Position numbers and translations under genes: made by a program
Notes under the pieces: model-generated
What the model was told of the DNA's origin: nothing
The model's input: only the letters and a program-made list of their open reading frames with translations
The model's database searches: none
Part shown: piece after piece, positions 1 to 7,727 of the stretch
Layout of the letters: each line of letters opens with the position of its first letter
Numbering within the stretch: the stretch's first letter is position 1
Origin: Octopus sinensis
Taxonomy: Eukaryota
Assembly: GCF_006345805.1 (NCBI RefSeq)
Contig: NW_021828337.1
Coordinates: forward strand, 1-8,795
Direction: 5' to 3'
Length of the DNA stretch: 8,795 nucleotides

Positions 1-99
1 GAATAGCATGTGAATGTGTATTCCCATTGAAATTCCGAATATGAACTCAACAGCGGTCGGCCTTCGTGAAGGACGTGGTGAACTCGTTGGTCGAAGCAG

Positions 100-545
100 G
101 CTTAACCCCACTTTCGGTGGCTACCGCCGCAAGTAGACAGATATCCTGCACTGCATCAAGACGAGGACCACTCGACTGATTGGCGCTCCATTACAAACAG
201 AAACGCCAACTTCCGGTCCTTTGTATCGTTATTTAATGGTCTTGTACCTCCTCCACTCAGAAACACTCAGAGCGTCTCTCCACCTCTCATCAACCTTGAA
301 GCGTGACCTTCCTCCTCTCCCACCCCGCAAGCCAGCACTAATCCTTATACTCGTTCCTTCTTCCCCCAGAACATTATCCCTTTGGAATCTGCTTTTCTTT
401 GCTCATATCTTCCTTGCAGAGGCTGACCTGCAACAGATTAACATGAACATTAACAAGGTCATTCTCGCCAGGCTGAGGGGGTCTGCAAGGGTCATTGGAA
501 TTACCCTCTGCTCCTCTAAACCCAACAAATATGAAACAAAGAAAA
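100..545 (+). mobile_element. Decayed 3' end of a CR1-type non-LTR retrotransposon (ORF2 C-terminus, 3' UTR and A-rich end), frameshifted
   Basis: Stitching + frames gives DILHCIKTRTTRLIG (140-184), LYRY/FNGL (221-243), YTRSFFP/RTLSLWNLL (346-394, one extra C) and AHIFLAEADLQQINMNINK. These match the recalled CR1-group C-terminal motif chain LDRIQ.RA.RLIG...LFYRY.NG...SFFPRT..LWN.LP...DLQ.FK..INK. The 5' boundary is uncertain. Confidence 0.7.
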
Positions 546-566
546 ACTTCAGTTGACGGGTATCTT

Positions 567-686
567 GGTCGACCTTACCTTTCATCTTTTTGAGATCGAT
601 AAGATAAGTAACCAATGAGTACTGGGATCGATGTAAACAATTTACCCGCTCCTCCAAACTTGCGGGCCTTGTGTGCTAAAATTTGA
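567..686 (+). mobile_element. Diverged 3' fragment of SINE family A/B
   Basis: ggtcgaccttacctttcatctttttgagatcgataagataagtaacc...ctgggatcgat...gggccttgtg aligns by eye with the copies at 3229-3428 and 6380-6596. Confidence 0.6.
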
Positions 687-1080
687 TCCTAATATTCAAG
701 CGGAGGAACGGAAATGAAAAACCTTACATTAGGCGCCAAATACATATAGATTCTCTAAGACCGAGAAATTGCTACTCCTTAAAAGATTTCCATTCCATTT
801 TGCAGAAGTGGGTCTCTAAAAATTTATGGGCTTCTGATTTTAGCTCCGCCATAAGTCTTTGACTGTCTTCACGCCATATGTTATTGTTGCACTTTGTGTG
901 TGTTTTCTAGTTGTTGTTATTATTATTGCTACTGTTGTTGTAGTTTTAGCCCTGGGCCAGTATGATCCAATGACCACATGATCAAACGCATGACAGGAAC
1001 GACACTTTTTCCCCCCTAGACACAATATACCTGGAACTACATTACTGAATATGTTCCTCCTATTCTTTTCTTTTTTCTTT

Positions 1081-1484
1081 TATTCTTTTATTTGTTTCAG
1101 TCATTTGACAGCGGCCATGCTGGAGCACCACCTTTAGTCGAGTAAATCGACTTCAAGACTTATTCTTTGTAAGCCTAGTACTTATTCTATCGGTCTCTCT
1201 TGCCGAACCGCTAAGTAACGGGGACGTAAACACACCAGCATCGGTTGTCAAGCGATGTTGGGGGGACAAACACAGACACACAAACATACATATATGTATA
1301 CATATACATATATACGTTTCCGTCTAGTAAATCCACTCACAAGGCTTTGGTCGATACAAGGCTTTGGTCGATACAAGGCTATAGTAGAAGACACTTGCCC
1401 AAGGTGCCACGCAGTGGGACTGAACCCGGAACCTTGTGGTTGGTAAGCAAGCTACTTACCACACAGCCACTCCTGCGCCTATGT
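1081..1484 (-). mobile_element. Full-length tRNA-derived SINE (family C) with internal (TA/TG)n microsatellite
   Basis: Minus strand reads aggcgcaggagtggctgtgtggtaag (A-box-like) ... gggttcagtccc (B-box-like), then accttgggcaagtg (CORE/MIR-like start), a TA/TG tract, and a 3' end ...ctccagcatggccgctgtcaaatgactgaaacaaataaaagaata. Homologous to 4047-4592 and 8567-8795. Confidence 0.85.
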
Positions 1485-1539
1485 TTAGAAACAGATAAGT
1501 GAGATTTGAAGGATTCATGGCTGCTATTTTTAGCAGCAT

Positions 1540-1735
1540 GAACAACCACACCATTTCTGGTTGTTGTTGGAAATATATTGATGTTGTTACTGTTGATCAT
1601 GATGTTGACGATATTGGCATGGTAATGAAATTATCGCTCCTGCTGTTGTTGTTTCTGGTTTTAGTGGCTGTTGTCTTTGTTGCTGCTGCTGCTGCTGCTG
1701 ACATTGTTGTTGTTGTTGTTGTTGTTGTTAAGCAA
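1540..1735. repeat. Degenerate (GTT/GCT)n triplet tract
   Basis: Runs of gttgtt and gctgct, purest at 1678-1729. Confidence 0.8.
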
Positions 1736-1980
1736 CAAGACGGGTAAGAGTGATTAGGTAATGGTCTAGGGCTTAGGGGCGGGAGACCCCCAGACCATGG
1801 AACAAAAAAAAAAACTTTGGTCGTCTTGTTGTAGTCAAGGGCTCTTCGTTGACGCCCGACACCACTGGGAGGTGGCCCTCGAAGTCGCTGGAAATGGAGA
1901 TCTCCAGGTCCAAATTCTTGGACGGTTGCTGCTGCTGCTGCAGTTGCTGTGATTGTTGTTGCTGTTGTAGTTGTTGTTGT
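1597..1980 (-). other. Candidate coding segment (unverified): GC-rich island with a stop-free frame
   Basis: The minus frame is open from 2106 to a TGA at 1599-1597. Its non-repeat part reads TVQEFGPGDLHFQRLRGPPPSGVGRQRRALDYNKTTKVFFFVPWSGGLPPLSPRPLPNHSYPSCCL. There is no upstream ATG and no recognised homology. Confidence 0.2.
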
Positions 1981-2096
1981 TTCTTCTTCTTCTTCTTCTT
2001 CTTTCTCTTCTTCTCTTCTTCTTCTTCTTCTTCTTCTTCTTCTTCTTCTTCTTCTTCTTCTTCTTCTTCTTCTTCTTCTTCTTCTTCTTCTTCTTC
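1981..2096. repeat. (TTC)n microsatellite, i.e. (GAA)n on the minus strand; probable SINE 3' tail
   Basis: About 38 ttc units with two interruptions, directly abutting the 3' end of the minus-strand element. Confidence 0.9.
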
Positions 2097-2573
2097 CAGT
2101 CAGGACTCACGCCATTAGCCACAAAGAATAATCTCTAATTCGAGCCTAACCTAAGTTACTAAGAATGCGTGTGGCTTCTTGAAGATCCACCCACAACACG
2201 CGATAGACTGGCGGTTGCACGGGCGCGAAAGCTACGTTGCTATCCTCATTCCGTAAACTGTGGCTTTTAACGGGTGGAGAGCTGAACCATCCTGGGGTAC
2301 AGAGGATTTGCAATCTGGACTAGGGTCTGAAAGTTTTACCACACCATAGTAGGTTACACCATGGTTTCTCTTCTTTGTGGCAGAAGTAGAAAGAAAGAGT
2401 GAGAGAAAGTTGTGGTGAAAGAGTACAGCGGGGTTCTTCCCCACTCCCGCCGGAGCCTCGTGGAGCTTAGGTGTTTTTGCTCAATAAACACTCACAATGC
2501 CCGGTCTGGGAATCGAAATCGCCTTCTAACGAACACGAGTCCGCTGTCCTAACCACTGGGTCATTGCACCTCC
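1981..2573 (-). mobile_element. tRNA-derived SINE (family R, long-tail form) ending in (GAA)n
   Basis: Minus strand begins ggaggtgcaatgacccagtggttagg (A box) ... atttcgattccc (B box, 2508-2519). Bases 2381-2516 align with 5075-5214. That 2097-2380 belongs to the same element is inferred from continuity into the tandem-repeat tail. Confidence 0.7.
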
Positions 2574-2690
2574 GCCGCTGCTGTTGCTATGATTGTTGTT
2601 GTTGTAGCTGCTGCTGCTGTTGTTGTTGTTGCTGCTGCTGGTGTTGCTGCTGCTACTGTTGTTGTTGCTGCTGTTGCTGCTGCTGCTGCT
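2574..2690. repeat. Compound (GCT/GTT)n triplet tract
   Basis: Direct reading. It resembles the tract at 1925-1980 on the other side of the SINE. Confidence 0.85.
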
Positions 2691-2995
2691 AGCGTGGGTA
2701 ACAACAGAAAACTCACTAATTGGCCATGATTCTGTAATTATGCCACTTCGGTTTTCTGCAACAACTGTCACATTTTCATGTTCTTCGATCTGAAATCGAT
2801 CTTTTCCTTTAGTTTTTTTTTTCTTTCTCTCTTTTTTTTATGTTCAATCAACAATACAACTTCCATTTGAATACTCGATCATTTCTCTGAGAAAGATGAT
2901 CGAAAATCGATCACCTACTTTCTTCTGACCCCCCAAGTTCTTTTTTAAAATATTGCAGCTAACATGACATTTCTGCAACAATGATCCATAGTCTG

Positions 2996-3230
2996 AAGGC
3001 GGCGAGCTGGCAGAAACATTAGCACGCCGGGCGAAATGCTTAGCGGTATTTCGTCTGCCGCTACGTTCTGAGTTCAAATTCCGCCGAGGTCGATTTTGAC
3101 TTTCATCCTTTCGGGGTCGATAAATTAAGTATCAGTTACGCACTGGGGTCGATGCAATCGATTAAATCCCTTTATCTGTCCTTGTTTGTCCCCTGTATGT
3201 TTAGCCCTTTGCGCGCAATAAAGAAATAAG
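2996..3230 (+). mobile_element. Full-length tRNA-derived SINE, family A/B with tail type A
   Basis: aaggcggcgagctggcagaaac (A-box-like), gagttcaaattcc (B box, 3070-3082), ending tttagccc...aataaagaaataag. Closely similar to 4703-4937. Confidence 0.9.
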
Positions 3231-3428
3231 AAACGTTAGCACGTCGGGCCAAATGCTTAGCGGTATTTCGTCTATCTTTATGTTCTGAGTCCAAATTCCA
3301 CCGAGGTCAACTTTACCTTTAATCCTTTTGGGGTCGATAAATTAAGTACCAGTTGCATTGTAGGGCTGATCTAATCGACTGGCACCCTCCCCCAAAATTT
3401 CGGGCCTTGTGCCTAGAGTAGGAAAGAT
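3229..3428 (+). mobile_element. 5'-truncated SINE, family A/B with tail type B, fused head-to-tail to the preceding copy
   Basis: Starts agaaacgttagcacg and ends ccctcccccaaaatttcgggccttgtgcctagagtaggaaag. Matches 6380-6596. Confidence 0.85.
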
Positions 3429-3440
3429 TGATCCATATTT

Positions 3441-3580
3441 TATCTTTTATACTTTTACTTGCTTCAGTCATTAAACTGCCGTCATGCTGGAGCACCGCTT
3501 TGAAGGGAATTTCTTGTCAAACATACCGAATTCAATATTTATTTCTTTTTTTAAAGCTTGGTACCTTTTCAGTTGATCTC
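3441..3580 (-). mobile_element. 3' fragment of SINE family C
   Basis: tacttttacttgcttcagtcatt...catgctggagcaccgc aligns with 1081-1135. Confidence 0.7.
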
Positions 3581-3603
3581 GGTGTTGTCGCAGCAGCCCT
3601 ATC

Positions 3604-3694
3604 CCCGAACAACACAGTACCCCTCCCCAGGTACAGAAATATTTAAGCCCGAACAACACAGTACCCCTCCCCAGGTACAGAAATATTTAAGCCC
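3604..3694. repeat. Perfect 44-bp tandem duplication
   Basis: cccgaacaacacagtacccctccccaggtacagaaatatttaag at 3604-3647 and 3648-3691, followed by ccc. Confidence 0.95.
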
Positions 3695-4035
3695 TATATC
3701 CCTTTCGTTACTAACCCGACTGAAACCGGTTCTGGTTCTGAGTACAAATGTCTTGTTTTGATAAGTTTTGAATTAAAATATTCCACCAAACCTTAGTCGC
3801 AATTTATATTCCTAACACTAACTGAATGATAATGAAGTTATTTTACTAAATTCTTATAAGGCACAAAAAAAAATGACCCTCCCCAGACACAACAGAATAT
3901 GCTTCAACACACGAACTCACATAAAGAATCTTGCAAACCAAATCCCAAAAGGAAACTAAATTCTTTGTTATATTTAAAATTAATTGAAAGAAACACAGAG
4001 TGTCTCAAAACAAATACTGTAGCGAAAGGGATATA
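3695..4035. mobile_element. MITE with 17-bp terminal inverted repeats (superfamily uncertain), interrupted by an insertion
   Basis: Left tatatccctttcgttac (3695-3711) versus the reverse complement of gtagcgaaagggatata (4019-4035): 16/17 match. AT-rich non-coding interior of about 230 bp without the insert. Confidence 0.75.
3856..3954. other. 99-bp insert flanked by an 11-bp direct repeat
   Basis: actaaattctt at 3845-3855 and 3955-3965. Confidence 0.7.
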
Positions 4036-4046
4036 GTGTCTATTTA

Positions 4047-4592
4047 GATGCAGACGTGGCTGGGTGATAAAAAGTTTGCTTCCCAACCACGTGGTTCCTG
4101 GTTCAGTCACTCTCCATAGCGCTATGGGTGTAAGTATTCTATATAGCACCAGGCTTTTTAAAACCTTGTGAATGAATTCAGTAGGTGAAACTAAAACAAA
4201 TCTCTCGTGTGTGTGTGTGTGTGTGTTTGTGTGTATGTATGTGTGCGTGTGAATGCATGTGTGTGCGTGTGTGAATGTGTATGTGCGTGTGTATGTGAGT
4301 GTATGTTTGTGTGCCTTCATGTGCGTGAGTGCAGGTGTGCATTTGGTTTTTATGTGTTCCTACCCCACCACTACCATCACCATCATCACCGTCGTCTCTT
4401 GGCAATCGAGGTTGGTTTGTTTATGTCCCCATAACATAGCCGTTCGGCAAAAGGCGACCGATAGTATAAGCTTACTAAAAAAAAAAGAAAAAGAAAGAAA
4501 AGTACTGGGGCCGTTTTTTTTCTTTCTCGACTTAACCATTGAAATCGGTGCCCCAGCATGGCCGCAGTCTAATGAGGAAACAAATAAAATAT
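4047..4592 (+). mobile_element. Full-length, diverged SINE family C with expanded internal (TG)n tract (~4206-4340)
   Basis: Head gcagacgtggctgggtg...cctggttcagtc, the TG tract, then gttcggcaaaaggcgaccgatag...ccccagcatggccgcagtctaatgaggaaacaaataaaa, collinear with the reverse complement of 1081-1484. Confidence 0.8.
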
Positions 4593-4702
4593 AAACAGTA
4601 AAAGGTAAAAAGGTAGTAAGCCACGGCGTACATAGATTAGCAATGGACTCCCAGACCCGTGGCACCACAGGTAATTAACCTAAAGTGCCTATGCACCAAG
4701 GC

Positions 4703-4937
4703 AAGGCGGCGAGCTGGCAGAAACGTTAGCACGTCGGGCGAAATGCTTAGCGGTATTTCGGCTGCCGTTACGTTGTGAGTTCAAATTCCGCCGAGGTCGA
4801 CTTTGCCTTTCATCCTTTCGGGGTCGATAAATTAAGTACCAGTTACGCACTGGGGTCGATATAATCGACTTAATACCTATGTCTGTCCATGTTTGTCCCC
4901 TCTATGTTTAGCCCCTTGTAGGTAATAAAGAAATAAG
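4703..4937 (+). mobile_element. Full-length SINE, family A/B with tail type A
   Basis: Collinear with 2996-3230 over its whole length. Confidence 0.9.
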
Positions 4938-4965
4938 TATTTTTCATTGCCTTGATTGTGTAAAG

Positions 4966-6379
4966 CAGTGGTTCTCGACCCCTTTTTAGCTATGGATCCT
5001 TTGGTTACTATTTTATTCTGGTGAACCCCTTATAGCCATTCGATATTTTAAAACATAATTTTATAGAAACATCTTTCGATTCCCAGACCGGGCGTTGTGA
5101 GTGTTTATTGAACGAAAAACACCTAAAGCTCCACGAGGCTCCGGCAGGGGATGGTGGTGATCCCTGCTGTACTCTTTCACCACAGTTTTCTCTCACTCTT
5201 ACTTCCTGTTTCTGTTGTACCTGTATTTCAAAGGGGCTGGCCTTGTCACTCTCTGTGTCACGCCGAATATCCCCGAGAACTACGTTAAGGGTACACGTGT
5301 CTGTGGAGTGCTCAGCCACTTACACGTTAATTTCACGAGCAGGCTGTTCCGTTGATTCGGATCAACCGGAACCCTCGTCGTCGTAACCGACGGAATGTTT
5401 CCATCCATAGAAACATCTTTCAAAATTCCTATTTTGTTTATCACACATTAACTTGTGTAGGTTGAACTATGCTGTTTCTTGCAATACATACATCTGAAGC
5501 AAGGATTCTCAGCATCTTTTTTTTTTATCTATAGACCCCTTTGATTAATATTTTATTCTGGTGGACCTCTTAGTTATTTGATGTTTAAAAACCAGTTTTA
5601 TAGAAACTTCTTTCAAAATTCCTATTTTGTTTTTCACACATTAAGTTGTGTGGGTTGAACTATGTAAAAATGTTAGAGAAAGAAACCTAGCTTTTTCTTG
5701 CAATTCATACCAATATATACATTAAAGCAGGGTTCTCAACCATTCATAATCTGTGGACCCCTTTGATAACTATTTTATTCTGGTGGACCCCCATAGCCAT
5801 TCGATGTTTAAAGCCTAGTTTTATAGAAACTTCTTTCAAAATTCCTATTTTGTTTATCACACATTAGCTTTTGTGGGTTGAACAATGTAAAATGTTAGAG
5901 GAAGAAACCCAGCTGTTTCTTGCAATACATACCAACACATACATCTAAAGCAGGGTTCTCAACCATTCATAATCTGTGGACCCCTTTGATAACTATTTTA
6001 TTCTGGTGGACCCCCATAGCCATTCGATGTTTAAAGCCTAGTTTTATAGAAACTTCTTTCAAATTTCCTATTTTGTTTTTCACACATTAAGTTGTGTAAG
6101 TTAAACTTTGTAAAATGTTAGAGAAAGAAACCCAGCTGTTTCTTGCAATACATACCAACACATACATCTAAAGCAGGGGCTCTCAACTATTTTTTATTTA
6201 TGAATTCCGTTGATTACTATTCTATTATGGTGGACCCCATAGCCACCCGATGTTTAAAACTAGTTTTATAGAAATGTCTTTCAAAATTCCTATTTTGTTT
6301 ATCACACATCTACTTGTGTAGATTAAACTATGTAAAATGGTAGAGAAAGAAACCTAGCCGTTTCTTGCAATAAATACGA
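4966..6379 (+). repeat. Tandem array of five ~223-bp units, each starting with the hAT TIR
   Basis: Unit starts at 4966, 5500, 5728, 5951 and 6174. Unit 1 contains a SINE and small deletions; unit 5 is cut by a SINE. Confidence 0.9.
5078..5406 (+). mobile_element. 5'-truncated SINE (family R, short-tail form) with a perfect 15-bp TSD
   Basis: atagaaacatctttc at 5063-5077 and 5407-5421. The element begins inside the B box (ttc|gattcccagaccgggcg) and ends ccatccat. Confidence 0.9.
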
Positions 6380-6596
6380 CAGAAACGTTAGCACGCCAGG
6401 CGAAATGCTTAGCGGTAATTCGTCCGCCGTTACGTTCTGAGTTCAAATTCCACCGAGGTCGATTTTTGTCTTTCATCCTTTGGGGGGGGGGGGGGCGATA
6501 AATTAAGTGCCAGTTGTGTACAGGGGTCGATCGATCTAATCGACTGGTCCCCTCCTCAAAAATGTTGTCCCCTTGTGTCTAGAGTAAAAAAGAATA
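6380..6596 (+). mobile_element. 5'-truncated SINE, family A/B with tail type B
   Basis: cagaaacgttagcacgcc...gagttcaaattcc...cccttgtgtctagagtaaaaaagaat. The ggggt motif is expanded to a G14 run at 6482-6495. Confidence 0.85.
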
Positions 6597-6819
6597 TACT
6601 ACTGCAGATCTTCAATTTACTATTTTGCTTGCGTGGACCCTCCCCCATTACAATAAAAAAAAGGGTCTTACATAGACCCCCCCCCCACCTTCCCGGGTTC
6701 ATATGGACTCTGGTTGAGAAGCACTGGTATAAGACTCGGCAACTCTTTCTGTTTCATATTTGGACTTCGAAACGTTAAGTCTTGGAGCTATTTCCTCGAT
6801 GTAACAGTTATTATGGCTG

Positions 6820-6849
6820 TTGCTGCTGCTGCTGCTGATTATTATTATT

Positions 6850-6885
<36 letters not shown>

Positions 6886-7104
6886 ATTATCATCATCATC
6901 ATTATTATTATTATGTGTTGTTGTTATTATTATTATTATAATAATAATTAATAATAATAATAATATATTATTATTACTATTATTATTATTATTATTATCA
7001 TCATTATTATTTTATTATTGTTGTTGTTGTTGTTGTTGTTATTGTTATTATTATTATTATTATTGTTGTTGTTGTTATTATTGTTATTGTTATTATTATT
7101 ATTA

Positions 7105-7152
<48 letters not shown>

Positions 7153-7191
7153 TTATCATTATTATTATTATTATTACTATTATTATTATTA

Positions 7192-7228
<37 letters not shown>

Positions 7229-7250
7229 TATTATTACTATTATTATTATG

Positions 7251-7304
<54 letters not shown>

Positions 7305-7315
7305 GTTATTGTTGC

Positions 7316-7389
<74 letters not shown>

Positions 7390-7397
7390 TATTATTA

Positions 7398-7432
<35 letters not shown>

Positions 7433-7438
7433 TTATTA

Positions 7439-7473
<35 letters not shown>

Positions 7474-7515
7474 GTATTGTTGCTGTTATTATTATTATTT
7501 ATTATTATTATTTTC

Positions 7516-7564
<49 letters not shown>

Positions 7565-7727
7565 TTTATTATATTATTATTATTATTATTATTATTATTT
7601 TTATTATTTTTATTATTATTATTATTATTATTGTTGTTGTTGTTGTTGTTATTATTGTTATTATATTATTATTACTATGGTGGTGGTGGTAGTGATTATG
7701 ATGATGCTGCTGATGACGACGACGACG
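6820..7727. repeat. ~900-bp compound trinucleotide microsatellite, (ATT)n with GTT/ATC/ACT/TTT/GCT variants
   Basis: Direct reading. It is the source of the poly-L/Y/I ORFs in the track. Confidence 0.95.

Larger units (their letters stand above)
4966..6726. mobile_element. Non-autonomous hAT (Charlie-like) element with an internally amplified left end
   Basis: Left TIR CAGTGGTTCTCGACC (4966-4980). The right TIR reverse complement is CAGTGCTTCTCAACC (6712-6726), a 13/15 match. The 8-bp flanks gtgtaaag and gtataaga match 5/8 (degenerate TSD). Subterminal gtggaccc-like motifs occur at both ends. Confidence 0.75.

Noticed and set aside
690-860. Possible MITE ends (gcggag ... ctccgc)
   Set aside because: Only ~6 bp of complementarity and no TSD
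2105-2110. Perfect GTGAGT donor on the minus strand, with a possible acceptor at 1888-1899
   Set aside because: It lies in the inferred SINE tail, with no supported upstream exon; only RNA-seq could rescue it
2760-2789. FN3-like strand motif in ENVTVVAENRSG
   Set aside because: It lacks the conserved Tyr and the rest of the domain; too short to call
2875-2903. Near-palindrome tcgatcatttctc-t-gagaaagatgatcga
   Set aside because: Short, bulged, with a 1-nt loop; no context supporting a terminator or element end
2996-3090. tRNA gene-like A/B boxes (also at 1400-1480, 2500-2573, 4703-4800, 8571-8640)
   Set aside because: They continue into repeated SINE bodies and I could not fold a full cloverleaf; they are SINE heads, not tRNAs
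3904-4668. Overlapping His/Thr- or Cys/Val-rich ORFs
   Set aside because: Translations of the (TG)n tract inside a SINE
4966-6379. Regularly spaced repeats suggesting a CRISPR array
   Set aside because: Units are ~223 bp and homologous along their full length, with no unique spacers and no cas genes; eukaryotic context
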